Shown: positions 10,611-21,033 of the stretch, piece by piece
Layout of the letters: every line of letters starts with the position of its first letter
How positions within the stretch are numbered: position 1 is the first letter of the stretch
Translations under genes and position numbers: made by a program
From: a virus
Strand: one strand, 5' to 3'
Virus record (IMG/VR): IMGVR_UViG_3300038312_000193
DNA length: 64,000 nucleotides
Notes under the pieces: model-generated
The model's input: the letters and a program-made list of their open reading frames with translations, nothing else
Database searches by the model: none
Told to the model about the DNA's origin: nothing

Positions 10611-11777
10611 CTAAACTGTTTTAATAAATTTAACAAATTCTTGTAGTTTACTTATATCAGCAGAATCTAATTCTTTTGCCGATAATTCTAACTCTTTCAT
10701 TTTCTTAGTTATTTTAGATACTTTTTCTTTATCCTTTTCGCTAACTATTACTGCCATTAATTCTTTAAATTCACTTATTAAATTTTCTCTTAATTCTGTT
10801 TCATTTTTTTGTTGTATTTCTTCTTTTTTCTTAGTAGCAACTTCTTCTACAATTTTATTTTTTGCAATATCCTGCTCTTGTCTTGCTTCATCAATTGATT
10901 TTTTATCAGGTTGTTTTTCATGTTCAATTTTAATTGCATCTTCAACAGCTTTGATAAATTCATCTGAATCAAAAATTATTGAATCAATAATTCCGGAGAA
11001 TCTTGATTTAGAGTCAATATTAAAATTATCATCTCTAAATGTAATCTTTCTAATTTCATTACTTACTTTTCCTTGAATTTTTTCTTTACCAGAAAAATCT
11101 TTTTTACCAGTTTTCTCTTGAATTATTTCTCTATCAATACTAGCAACACCAAGTATATGCAATTTAGTTTTAAGTGCATTAAAATAATTATATTGCATAT
11201 TTGTTGTTAAGATATCATAATCCATTCCAGATACAGGATCATTCATAGTTCTCTTTTTCGTATGTCCAACCAAGAACATAGCAACCCCTACTTTTTTAAG
11301 TTCCCACATTCTTTCCATAATTAAATCTATAGTATATTTTTCACCTTCGCCATAACCACCCCATGCCTGTTTAATGGTTTTTGCTTCTCTTTTTTCCTTT
11401 TTACTAGGATTTTCTCTTATTTCTTTATTATAAAGTCTTATAGCTTCTGGTTCTGCTATTCTAATTAATTCATCGATTGTATCCCATATGATAACTTTTA
11501 AATCTTTGTAATCTGTAAGTTTATTTTCAATTATATCTTCGGTAAATTCATCAAATGTATCCCAATCAGGAATATCTTCATAAATAGCACCAGCAATTGC
11601 ATCTATTCCATCTTCACGACCAGTATTGGCTATTATGTATCCATTTTCACCAACTAAAGTTTCACATACTTCTTTTGCTAAAGTTGTTTTGCCTACTCCA
11701 GATTCTCCTATAAGTCCAATATTATAAGCCAAAGGGTCAATTTTAATCACATTTTTCTTTCCAAATTTTCTACTCAA
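10611..11777 (-). CDS. AAA_24/Sak4-like ATPase (YorG-like)
   Basis: GESGVGKTT Walker A, IIWDTID Walker B, GGYGEG, LVGH. Confidence 0.8.
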   Translation of the reverse strand: MSRKFGKKNVIKIDPLAYNIGLIGESGVGKTTLAKEVCETLVGENGYIIANTGREDGIDAIAGAIYEDIPDWDTFDEFTEDIIENKLTDYKDLKVIIWDTIDELIRIAEPEAIRLYNKEIRENPSKKEKREAKTIKQAWGGYGEGEKYTIDLIMERMWELKKVGVAMFLVGHTKKRTMNDPVSGMDYDILTTNMQYNYFNALKTKLHILGVASIDREIIQEKTGKKDFSGKEKIQGKVSNEIRKITFRDDNFNIDSKSRFSGIIDSIIFDSDEFIKAVEDAIKIEHEKQPDKKSIDEARQEQDIAKNKIVEEVATKKKEEIQQKNETELRENLISEFKELMAVIVSEKDKEKVSKITKKMKELELSAKELDSADISKLQEFVKFIKTV

Positions 11778-11855
11778 ATATATACTCCTTTCATTCTTAA
11801 CAATTACATACTTAAAGGGTGAAAATAATCACCTTTTTATAATTATTTAATTTTA

Positions 11856-13079
11856 CTAAAAAGGTATTTCATCCAACATAGCATCTAAATCGTCTAAACT
11901 ATATTCTTCTTTATCATCATTGGTATCAGAAGATGTTGTTTTATTATTATCCTTTTTACTATCATTATTATCTTCATCTTCATTAACTAATTGACTCAAA
12001 AATACCAAATCATCAAATTTATATTTATCTTCTGTTCTCATAATAACAGGTGTTTTTTCATCACCTTCGCCAACCATTCTAATAACAGGTTTTTTAATAA
12101 CCATTTTCTTTTCTCTGGTATTTCCAACAGCACACTTTGCTAATGCTTCTTCTTCAGTATAAGCACCTAATTCAATTAGTTCCTTAATATCATCAGGAAT
12201 ATCATCAATAGTAATATTTACTTTTGCTTGACCTTCGATAATATTACCTTCAACCATAATTTCATTAACATTGTCTTTTTTGGCTTTAAACATCTTATTA
12301 AGAAGTTTTGTGCCTTTTTCAATTTCTGTTTCAGCAACTTCAAATTGGAACGTTTTAGGGAATACAACATTCTGTTTAATTTCCTGTTTCTTCTCACCAT
12401 ATTTGCCAACATAATCAATTACATATGCTGATATTGGGAATGCTCCAGTTTCTTTATCATATTTACCAATACTATCTTTATCAACAAGAATAGTTTGCTG
12501 GAAAGTTGCAGAATATTTAGAAGATTCATCTGCTTTTGAAAGAAATACCGATGTTACTTCTTTCTTAATCTGAGTATTACCTTGATATGGGGAATACTTT
12601 AAATTACCTTTAACATTAATAACCGTACCTTCAGTAAGATTTTCTTGAATATATGCGATTGCATCATAAGCAGATAGGAATCTCTTTATAAATGTTTTAT
12701 CTTTAGCATCTTTTTCAAGACCTATAGTAATAAAGCATTGTTTTCCAACCTGATCAATAATATCTTGGTCAAATCTATCATCCCAATCTATTGTAAATCT
12801 GTTTTCAAAATCATCTACTTCTTTACCATTATCATCTTCAATTTTACCATGAACATAGATTACAGAATCACTTGTACTACTATATCCACCCATCATGTCA
12901 CAATAGACAGTATTGCCATTGCCACAATCTACTCCAAGATTCATATTATTATAAACCCATCCTGAATTAGATTCCTCGTCAATCTTAAAAGTGTAGTCAT
13001 TAATCTTTGCCTCACCAATTAGTTGAAAAGTTGAAGCTCCTTTTTTAAGAACAGTTTTTTCTTCTTCTTTTTTCGCCAT
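11856..13079 (-). CDS. Probable single-stranded DNA-binding protein (YorF-like)
   Basis: Acidic tail ending DEIPF. Start moved to MAKKEEE after a GGAGG RBS. Confidence 0.65.
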   Translation of the reverse strand: MAKKEEEKTVLKKGASTFQLIGEAKINDYTFKIDEESNSGWVYNNMNLGVDCGNGNTVYCDMMGGYSSTSDSVIYVHGKIEDDNGKEVDDFENRFTIDWDDRFDQDIIDQVGKQCFITIGLEKDAKDKTFIKRFLSAYDAIAYIQENLTEGTVINVKGNLKYSPYQGNTQIKKEVTSVFLSKADESSKYSATFQQTILVDKDSIGKYDKETGAFPISAYVIDYVGKYGEKKQEIKQNVVFPKTFQFEVAETEIEKGTKLLNKMFKAKKDNVNEIMVEGNIIEGQAKVNITIDDIPDDIKELIELGAYTEEEALAKCAVGNTREKKMVIKKPVIRMVGEGDEKTPVIMRTEDKYKFDDLVFLSQLVNEDEDNNDSKKDNNKTTSSDTNDDKEEYSLDDLDAMLDEIPF

Positions 13080-13119
13080 ATGTAACAATATACCTCCCAA
13101 TTTTATTTTATATTTTTTA

Positions 13120-13818
13120 TTAAGTATTTATATACCTATACTCACCAAAGTATTCTATTTCTGCTTGCTTTCTAACTTCAACAGCTTCATCGAAAATATC
13201 AAAGTAACCTAAATGAATATGTTTATTATTTATAGTAATATATGCCCTCCATTTTTCTTTATCTTCTCGCCAAACAACTCCTTTAATACCAGATGTATTA
13301 TTACTTTGAGTCCTTCTATTCATTTGATTCTGACTTGGAGTAACTATTCTTAGAAATTCCTTTCGGCAATCAAATTTTTTATGAAAAATATGATCTACCT
13401 CCATATCGTCAGGACAGTTCATAATAATTCTGTGCATAAGTATCTTATTATACCCAGTTACAATATAACCATCTTTGTTAAAATGCCAACTATAATTTTT
13501 TATTTTATTATAGTCTTCTAAATCAAACCAAAATTTTTCTTTTTTAAAAGTCCATCCTACTCCATACTCACCTGATAAATCGTATGTATTATGATTTTTG
13601 TTTATTTGACTTATTTCTTTAATTTTTTCTCTTTGTAAGCAACCGCATGATTTAGTATGTCCACTTCTTAAACTTGATCCCTTTATCACTTTTAAACTAT
13701 TTTCACCTTCACAATTACATTGGCATAACCACTGAGGTTGACCCTGTTTGTCATTTTCTGCCCTTTCTAATACAGTCAATCTTCCAAATGTTTTATTTTT
13801 TAAATCTATAATAGCCAA
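13120..13818 (-). CDS. HNH-AP2 homing endonuclease
   Basis: FGRLTV...WLCQCNC...SCGC, MHRII...VDHI, NNTSGIKGV...HLGYF. Confidence 0.85.
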   Translation of the reverse strand: MAIIDLKNKTFGRLTVLERAENDKQGQPQWLCQCNCEGENSLKVIKGSSLRSGHTKSCGCLQREKIKEISQINKNHNTYDLSGEYGVGWTFKKEKFWFDLEDYNKIKNYSWHFNKDGYIVTGYNKILMHRIIMNCPDDMEVDHIFHKKFDCRKEFLRIVTPSQNQMNRRTQSNNTSGIKGVVWREDKEKWRAYITINNKHIHLGYFDIFDEAVEVRKQAEIEYFGEYRYINT

Positions 13819-13840
13819 TATATCTCTTCCTTAACTATCT

Positions 13841-14113
13841 TTAATCCTCTTCTTCAGTTTCCTTAACTAACTTCAAACTACCTTCGCTAATCACAACAAT
13901 AGGCCAGATTTCTTCGTAATTTTGATTAATTGGAACTAACTGGATTTTCAACTTTTCATTTTTTCCGTTTAATTTAGTCACGAAACCTTGCTTAACTTCT
14001 CCTGTAGATTCAATAGTGAATTCAATTTTATTTCCTTCGCTAATTGTAAGCAATTCTCCCTCATCATCTACTATAACAATAGACTTATATGGGTTAGTAT
14101 CGATTTCTACCAT
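13841..14113 (-). CDS. Hypothetical protein
   Basis: ORF with GGAGG RBS. Confidence 0.7.
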   Translation of the reverse strand: MVEIDTNPYKSIVIVDDEGELLTISEGNKIEFTIESTGEVKQGFVTKLNGKNEKLKIQLVPINQNYEEIWPIVVISEGSLKLVKETEEED

Positions 14114-14290
14114 ATATATTATTTCCTCCTTTCTTCTAAATTTTCAACATTTACTTATTTTAAAATAAATTCTTATATATGAATTTATATAAGACAAAAT
14201 TAACCAAATCATGATCCAATCCTTTGATCTATGTTGTTTGCTTTTATATTTATATTATACATTTAATATAATGATTTGGCAAGTAAAATT

Positions 14291-16177
14291 TTACCTGCCT
14301 ATCATCTTCAGAAAATCATCTTCTTGCAAGATTTTAACCCCGTCTTTTCTAGCTTTATCTTCTTTTGAACTTCCTTTAATACTACCAACCACTAGATAAT
14401 CAAGTGACTTAGCATATCCACTTGTAAACTCAGCACTTAAACCTTCACAAATTGCTTTAAGTTCATCTTTCTTATATGAAGCAAATGTCCCGGTACAATA
14501 TAGTTTTTTACCTGCAAATGGATTATCTGTATTGGATACTTCTTTCTTTTCTATTTGTTTAACATTAAGATAACCCATTAATTCTTCAAGTAAATGAAAA
14601 TTACTAATGAAACTATCAATAATATTATCTCCAATACCAACAATACAACGTAACATATCCATAATTTCAACTTTAGGAGAAGTTTTTAAGTTATTCCATG
14701 TTCCAAATTCTTTAGCGATATCCTTACTTACTTTCCTACCAACTAATTCAATTCCACTTGCATAGATTGCCTTATCAAAATCACAATTCCTAGCACTCTG
14801 AATATTTTCATATATCTTCTTTGCCGATTTCTTTGCAAAACCATCTAATCTTAATATTTGTGCTTCTGATATATCAAAAATTTCCCAAAAATTTTTAACA
14901 ATATACCCTGCGTCAATAAATTTTTGAATCGTTTGTTCAGATAATCCCTCTATATTAAGTGCATCTCTTCCTACCATATGTTTAGTTCTGTAAAGTAATT
15001 TTGCTTGACAATTATTATTAGTGCAGAACAATTGATCATTAATCTGTTTTAAGGCACTTCCACATGAAGGGCATTTATCTATTATTTCAATAGGTTCACT
15101 ACTTTCAGTTTCTTTACATTCAATTACGGCAGGAATAACATCGTTTGATTTTACTACTAATACTTCATCACCTATTTGTAACCCTAATGCATTAATATAC
15201 CCTATATTATGCAACATAGCACGTTCTATAGTGCTTCCTAAGATATCTACAGGCTTCAATTCAGCTACAGGAGTCACCCTACCCGTTCTGCCTGTTTGCC
15301 AAGTTATAGAGTTTAAAACACTCCACTCACCTTGATTTGGAAATTTGAAAGCCACAGCAGAATTCGGGTGATGTTCAACTTCACCAAACACATCTAAAGC
15401 ATTCGCTTTATTAGATTTAATAACAAGACCATCAATCTCATAATCTAATTTTAAACGATCAAAATTTTCAATAAAACTAATTGCATCATCTATTTCACTA
15501 TAATTCCATATGGTATCTGCTTCAGGAATCTCAAAGTATTCTCTAAGTTCTAATAATTGCCGAATATGAGAATTTGCTGATCCTACAATTTCATAAGCAA
15601 TAAATCTTAAACCCTCTGGTACATTAGAATTATCTTTATTCCTTAAAATACCTGCTATTGCATTTCTAGGATTTTTAAATAATTCTTTACCTTCTAATTC
15701 TCTTTTTGCATTTATTTCTTTAAATAAAGAAATAGGCATTATTGCTTCACCACGAATAGGTAAATCAAATGGTAAATATTTAAAGGGATGATTTTTATTT
15801 ACGAATTTGCTTGCACAATAAGTAACATCTTCCCCTATTAACCCATTACCTCTTGTAACTATTTTCCCATCAGGATACAAAACTAAAGTCAACCCATCAT
15901 ATTTTGGTTCAATAACTACTGGAAAAAGTCTTTTAATTTCCGTTTTTGCTTGTTCAATAGTATTAATTTTACCTAATGATTTAACAGGAAATTGATGTGT
16001 ATATTTTTTAAATTGTGCTTCTCCAGGTATGTAGTTATATTCCTGTTGGTTAATTAAATTAAGATATTCAGATTTTAAAGCATCGTATTCTGCATCAGAT
16101 AATTCAGGATTATCTTTGTTATAGTACAAATCATCATGATAATCTAATTGTTGTTTAAGGTTTTGAATTTTATCCAT
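14291..16177 (-). CDS. ligA: NAD-dependent DNA ligase
   Basis: SDAEYD, EPKYDG, TRGNG, NPRNA, DGLVIK, GRTG, CPSC zinc finger and C-terminal BRCT. Confidence 0.95.
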   Translation of the reverse strand: MDKIQNLKQQLDYHDDLYYNKDNPELSDAEYDALKSEYLNLINQQEYNYIPGEAQFKKYTHQFPVKSLGKINTIEQAKTEIKRLFPVVIEPKYDGLTLVLYPDGKIVTRGNGLIGEDVTYCASKFVNKNHPFKYLPFDLPIRGEAIMPISLFKEINAKRELEGKELFKNPRNAIAGILRNKDNSNVPEGLRFIAYEIVGSANSHIRQLLELREYFEIPEADTIWNYSEIDDAISFIENFDRLKLDYEIDGLVIKSNKANALDVFGEVEHHPNSAVAFKFPNQGEWSVLNSITWQTGRTGRVTPVAELKPVDILGSTIERAMLHNIGYINALGLQIGDEVLVVKSNDVIPAVIECKETESSEPIEIIDKCPSCGSALKQINDQLFCTNNNCQAKLLYRTKHMVGRDALNIEGLSEQTIQKFIDAGYIVKNFWEIFDISEAQILRLDGFAKKSAKKIYENIQSARNCDFDKAIYASGIELVGRKVSKDIAKEFGTWNNLKTSPKVEIMDMLRCIVGIGDNIIDSFISNFHLLEELMGYLNVKQIEKKEVSNTDNPFAGKKLYCTGTFASYKKDELKAICEGLSAEFTSGYAKSLDYLVVGSIKGSSKEDKARKDGVKILQEDDFLKMIGR

Positions 16178-16270
16178 AACTTCCTCCTTTCGTTTGTATA
16201 TTTATTTTATACTTTTAATAAAAATTTGTCAAGCATTTAATTTCATGACCAAAAACTAGGTTGGTTTTAA

Positions 16271-16822
16271 CTATGATAAACCAGCAAACTTGCCATAATA
16301 TTTTTGTCTTGCTTCTTCTGCAATCCTTCCAGCTTCATTAACATCATCAAAATAACCTATTATTATTCGTTTATTATTTCGACACAATGACACTTGCCAT
16401 TTTTCTCTTTGAGAATTCCAAAATACATTTCTATAACCACTTTTATTATTAGAATTTTTGCTTTTACGATTCTGATTATTATTAGGATGTAATGTTACTC
16501 TTAAATTAGATTCTCTATTATTTAATCCATTGTGATCTTTATGGTCTACTCGTATATGTTTCTCAGTAGCATCTGTTAAAAATCTATGTATAGAGATTGT
16601 TTTTGGATGTTCTCCAGATGGATACACCATTGTACGAACATAATATGTTTGTGATCCCTTATCCCATTGAGCATTCCATCTATATCCTGCTTTAATAAGT
16701 TTATCTAATTTTTCTAAATCTACAAAACATTCAAGAATTTTATTCTTATGCTCAATAAATAATACAATATCTTCACCACGTATTTCATAATTATTAAATC
16801 CTTTAAAATATCCCTTTGCTAT
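16271..16822 (-). CDS. HNH-AP2 endonuclease, probable ATA start
   Basis: VDHKDHNGLNNRESNLR, NNKSGYRNV. Frame stays open upstream of 16630 to an ATA at 16822 just after AAGGTGA. Confidence 0.75.
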   Translation of the reverse strand: MAKGYFKGFNNYEIRGEDIVLFIEHKNKILECFVDLEKLDKLIKAGYRWNAQWDKGSQTYYVRTMVYPSGEHPKTISIHRFLTDATEKHIRVDHKDHNGLNNRESNLRVTLHPNNNQNRKSKNSNNKSGYRNVFWNSQREKWQVSLCRNNKRIIIGYFDDVNEAGRIAEEARQKYYGKFAGLS

Positions 16823-16878
16823 ATTATCACCTTCTTTATATTTTTATTTTAATAACATTACCAAAGACGCATTTGGAT

Positions 16879-17112
16879 TTATTTTATAACATTCATATTT
16901 TTATCAATATCATATTTTTTACTTTCTTCATAAGTAATTTCAAATTCAACCACTTCGGCATTTAAATATTTCTCACAATCTTCAAACATGTTTAAATGAC
17001 CATTAACATTACCAAAAGTTGACCATGCATGACCGTTTTTACTCCAACCACCATACATACCTTTATTAGCATATAAACCTGTTTCTTTATCTCTTATTTT
17101 ATAAACCTTCAA
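16879..17112 (-). CDS. Hypothetical phage protein
   Basis: ORF with GGAGG RBS, flanked by 18-bp sites. Confidence 0.65.
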   Translation of the reverse strand: MKVYKIRDKETGLYANKGMYGGWSKNGHAWSTFGNVNGHLNMFEDCEKYLNAEVVEFEITYEESKKYDIDKNMNVIK

Positions 17113-17198
17113 TAAATTTCACCTCCTATAAATACCAATATAACGACTTTTCTGTTTTAACCAAATCAGACTTTTATAATGATTTTGTTCCTATTTGT

Positions 17199-17882
17199 TT
17201 ATATTATATTTTTGATTCTAGGTGTTATAATTTCATCTATGTATTTTGATTTAGTTTCGGTTGCCAGCCAATTACGATTATTTTTAATACAACTTTCAAT
17301 TTCACTACCTGAACCAGCAAAAGGAATATAAACTAAATCATTTTCATTTGAAGATTGAGTTATTAGGATATCAGCAATTTCTACACTTTTTTCAGATGGA
17401 TGTTTCCTTTTTTTACCTTTAGGGAATTTTACATCTATTAAATTAGATATGGAATTATTATTTACTTGTTTTGCCTTACCAATAGAATTTCTAAATAATA
17501 ATACAAATTCTATTTGTTTCATATACCAACCGAATATTACTTTATTACCTTTATTCAGAACTATTACATTCATCAACTTTAAACCACATTTATCTGCATT
17601 ATACAAAATATCTAATAAATTTTTATCATTACTATAAACATATAAATGAGCAGACGGTTTTAATATTCTTTTAAATTCACTCATATATTGATCAGCTTGA
17701 AGATAATCAAATAATTTTCTTTCTTCTTTATTTCTATAAAATATCCCACTTCTCATTTTCCCTGCTCCTCCACCAGCTTCTATTTTATATGGTGGGTCAG
17801 CGATTATTAAATCAATATATTCATTAGGCAATTGTTTCATAAATTCATTGCAATCTTCATTGTATATTTTATTAATTTCTAT
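17199..17882 (-). CDS. N6-A/N4-C DNA methyltransferase (beta class), probable ATA start
   Basis: ADPPY, HPSEKS, PFAGSGS. An in-frame upstream extension IEINKIYNEDCNEF begins with ATA after GAAAGGAG. Confidence 0.85.
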   Translation of the reverse strand: MEINKIYNEDCNEFMKQLPNEYIDLIIADPPYKIEAGGGAGKMRSGIFYRNKEERKLFDYLQADQYMSEFKRILKPSAHLYVYSNDKNLLDILYNADKCGLKLMNVIVLNKGNKVIFGWYMKQIEFVLLFRNSIGKAKQVNNNSISNLIDVKFPKGKKRKHPSEKSVEIADILITQSSNENDLVYIPFAGSGSEIESCIKNNRNWLATETKSKYIDEIITPRIKNII

Positions 17883-17974
17883 GTTTTTGACTCTCCTTTC
17901 TATAACTTTTAATCAAACAAAAATTTGGTGTTGTTTTTGTAATTTATAAATGCCATTATTTCGGACTTTGTATT

Positions 17975-18739
17975 TTATACTATTAATCTGTTTTTTGCAA
18001 TTTCACAATATTTTTCTTCCAATTCGATGCCAATACATTTTCTTTTTAAATTCCTTGATGCTAATAATGTTGTACCAGAACCGCAAGTGAAATCTAAAAT
18101 AAGTTCGTTTTCTTTTGTGTATGTATTAATTAAATATTCTATAAGAGGCACTGGTTTTTGTGTTGGATGTAAACCACTTTCAGAATTAAATTCTAAAATA
18201 TTATTCGGATAATTTGTATATTTTTGAGTATAATCATTTTGTCTGCTTGGACGTTCTTCAATTGTAGTCCCTTTTCTTGATTTGCCTTTATTGCTTTTTT
18301 GTTTATTAATTTCTATTAACCCTTGAGGATAATATTTCATCATGTTTTTACTGCCATTTGCTATGTTTCCAAAACTAAAACACATTACATCTTCATATTT
18401 TTTCATTGGACTATTTTTAGCATTTAGAAAATTACCTACTTTTGATTTAATCCATTTATAATCATATTTATAAAGTTTTTCATTGCTCAATCTTAAATGA
18501 CTACTAAATGGTTCTGTGCCAAATAAACAAATACATCCATCGTCTACTATTAAATTTTCAAGTCTATCCCATATTTCTTTATAATTAATTACACTATCCC
18601 ATTTACATGCTGTAGTCCCATAAGGTGGATCAGTGATTATTGCATCAAATTTTATACCCTTCTCAATAATCTTATCCATCACTTCTAAACAATCACCTTG
18701 AAATAGTCTTATGTATTCATCTTTATAGTATAATTGCAT
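17975..18739 (-). CDS. N6-A/N4-C DNA methyltransferase (beta class)
   Basis: GDCLE, TDPPYG, HPTQKP, LDFTCGSGTT. Confidence 0.92.
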   Translation of the reverse strand: MQLYYKDEYIRLFQGDCLEVMDKIIEKGIKFDAIITDPPYGTTACKWDSVINYKEIWDRLENLIVDDGCICLFGTEPFSSHLRLSNEKLYKYDYKWIKSKVGNFLNAKNSPMKKYEDVMCFSFGNIANGSKNMMKYYPQGLIEINKQKSNKGKSRKGTTIEERPSRQNDYTQKYTNYPNNILEFNSESGLHPTQKPVPLIEYLINTYTKENELILDFTCGSGTTLLASRNLKRKCIGIELEEKYCEIAKNRLIV

Positions 18740-18767
18740 CTATAATTAATTCAACCCTCCTTTTATA

Positions 18768-19346
18768 TTATATTTTTACATCACTTTCAACTTCATTACC
18801 CCATACGTCCCAACCTACTCTTTTATTTCTAGCAAACAATTCAATGTAAGGTGCATAACTAACTTTCTCTATCATTTCATACATCTCTTTTGGTTTTTCA
18901 GAATGTTCCCCTCTAGGAGCAACAAATACCGTTTTACCTTGTTGCCTTTTACTATTTAAAGTCTTATATGGCAAAACACCTTTTACACCAAACAAACATA
19001 CTTCATCAAGTCCACGGAAATATTGTCCTAATCCTGCATTTTCAAATTTAAAAGTTTTACCTTCTGAATCAAGACATTCTCCTTTTACCCATGTGATTTT
19101 TGTTTTATATGTAAATCCCCATGCTTTCATAACTTGTAAACCATCTTTAAGAAAATTATTTGTAACCCATAAGTATAAGTGACAATTATCATCTGCTAAA
19201 TTATGTATTGGTAAATTTATAATATCCTTTGTTTTCATTAATGGATAATGTCTATCTGCTCCACGTTTAATCTTTCCTCCACCTGATTCCATCCAAGGAG
19301 GATCGGCATATATTGTTTTATATTTATTAATCTTTTTTACCTCCAT
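18768..19346 (-). CDS. MT-A70 family adenine methyltransferase
   Basis: YADPPW, LYLWVTN, WGFTYKT, HSEKP, IELFAR...GWDVWGNE. Confidence 0.92.
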   Translation of the reverse strand: MEVKKINKYKTIYADPPWMESGGGKIKRGADRHYPLMKTKDIINLPIHNLADDNCHLYLWVTNNFLKDGLQVMKAWGFTYKTKITWVKGECLDSEGKTFKFENAGLGQYFRGLDEVCLFGVKGVLPYKTLNSKRQQGKTVFVAPRGEHSEKPKEMYEMIEKVSYAPYIELFARNKRVGWDVWGNEVESDVKI

Positions 19347-19438
19347 TTTTATATTATTGTTTTATTATGACTTGTGACAAAACCGAAGTTTTGTGTTGAT
19401 TTTTGGATTTATAAAGCCCAATATTACGGGATTCTTGT

Positions 19439-20182
19439 TTAAGCAATTTTGTGATTTTTGACTCTTTCTAAAGATAAATTATAATATTCTTCATCTGTTT
19501 CAAATCCTATGTAATTTCTTTTGGTATTTAAACAAGCTATCGCTGTTGTACCAGAACCCATACAATTATCTAAAACTAATTCATTTTCATTTGTGTATGT
19601 ATTAATTAAGTATTCAAATAATTCCACTGGTTTTTGAGTAGGATGAACTTTTTCTTTCTGATTTGCGTTACCGATTTCAATAATGCTTGTTGGATAGTAT
19701 TCATCATATATTTCTTTTTCTTTAGGTTGATTTATAGTGCCATAACAATCACTTAAAGAATAAAGTTTTCCACCTTTACTTCTCTGTTTTCCTTTTCTCA
19801 TAATTGGATTATATGTAGGCATTTTTTTATAAAAACATAATATTAATTCATGTCTTCTTAAAGGTTGTCTTTTGGCATTTAAAAAACCTGTTGATAATTT
19901 TTTATCCCATATTAAATCATATTTAAATAATTTATTATTACTATTAATTAATTTAGTTGCAAATGGTTGTGTAGCAGTAAAACACATCATCCCATTATCT
20001 TTTATAATTCTTTCATACTGCTCCCATAATGGTTCAAATGGAATTATCTCATCCCATTTATTTCTTGCCGTAACCCCATACGGCAAATCACATAAGATCA
20101 TATCAATACTTTTATCTGGTATTAAACACATACCATTTTCTTTAATACAATCTTCATTATAAATAGTATTCAATTCAATCAA
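19439..20182 (-). CDS. N6-A/N4-C DNA methyltransferase (beta class)
   Basis: CDLPYG, HPTQKP, LDNCMGSGTT. Confidence 0.92.
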   Translation of the reverse strand: MIELNTIYNEDCIKENGMCLIPDKSIDMILCDLPYGVTARNKWDEIIPFEPLWEQYERIIKDNGMMCFTATQPFATKLINSNNKLFKYDLIWDKKLSTGFLNAKRQPLRRHELILCFYKKMPTYNPIMRKGKQRSKGGKLYSLSDCYGTINQPKEKEIYDEYYPTSIIEIGNANQKEKVHPTQKPVELFEYLINTYTNENELVLDNCMGSGTTAIACLNTKRNYIGFETDEEYYNLSLERVKNHKIA

Positions 20183-20491
20183 TTTATGTATTATTATCCT
20201 CCTTATTTTTATTTTATGCTTTTAATAGTTTTTTTTCAGAAAATCATGCCTCACAAACGCCCAAATTTCGGACTTCATTTCTGCACCAAATAGAGAATTT
20301 ATCAACACTCCTCTTTAAATGCCTCGTAACACCCTTTTGTATATTCAATTATTTCCATGTCTTCACAATCATTACAATTAAGACTACAAGAGTATTGCCC
20401 ATCTGTGATTTCTTCTACGTCAGCACACCAACTGCCGTATGTATTACACCATTTAGCCATATTTACCTCCAATCATTATGAAACATAGTTT

Positions 20492-20908
20492 TTATGCTGA
20501 TATTTCTTTTCTTACTCTCATAAGAATTTTGCCCAACATATTCTTACCTCTACCCCTGCACACTCCCCAATATATATCATTCCATGTGTTTCCTTCTATT
20601 AACTCCTCATTACCAGTATCAACAAGTCTTTGTCTTAAATCTTGGTTACGAGTAAACTTATCCTTAACACATTGATACATCACTTCGTCTTTAATATCTT
20701 CCCAATCATTTCTAAGTAAAACATTTCTACCTTTCTTCTTTGCTGTTGAAGGGTCAAGTTGGCAAAATTGTTTTCTACGTTCTATATCTTTTACTTTAGC
20801 AGATTGAAAAGCAGCTTCATTATTTTGGTAAAGTAAATCTTCAAATATTACTGGTGCAGAATAAAAATTACTAAGAAAATAATATTTGCCTTTAAATTCA
20901 TTAATCAT
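20492..20908 (-). CDS. NADAR (YbiA-like) family protein
   Basis: FLSNFY, EAAFQSAK, KFTRN, LIEGNTWNDIYWG, GKNMLGKILM. Confidence 0.9.
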   Translation of the reverse strand: MINEFKGKYYFLSNFYSAPVIFEDLLYQNNEAAFQSAKVKDIERRKQFCQLDPSTAKKKGRNVLLRNDWEDIKDEVMYQCVKDKFTRNQDLRQRLVDTGNEELIEGNTWNDIYWGVCRGRGKNMLGKILMRVRKEISA

Positions 20909-21033
20909 ATTTATAACCTTCCTTTTAAATCGTGATCAACCTCAAATTTTATTCAAATATTTATCTATATATTGTGCCATCAATTGTTTTATGTCAGAAT
21001 ATATAGTATACTAATCTTTTTATTTTGAGTAAT

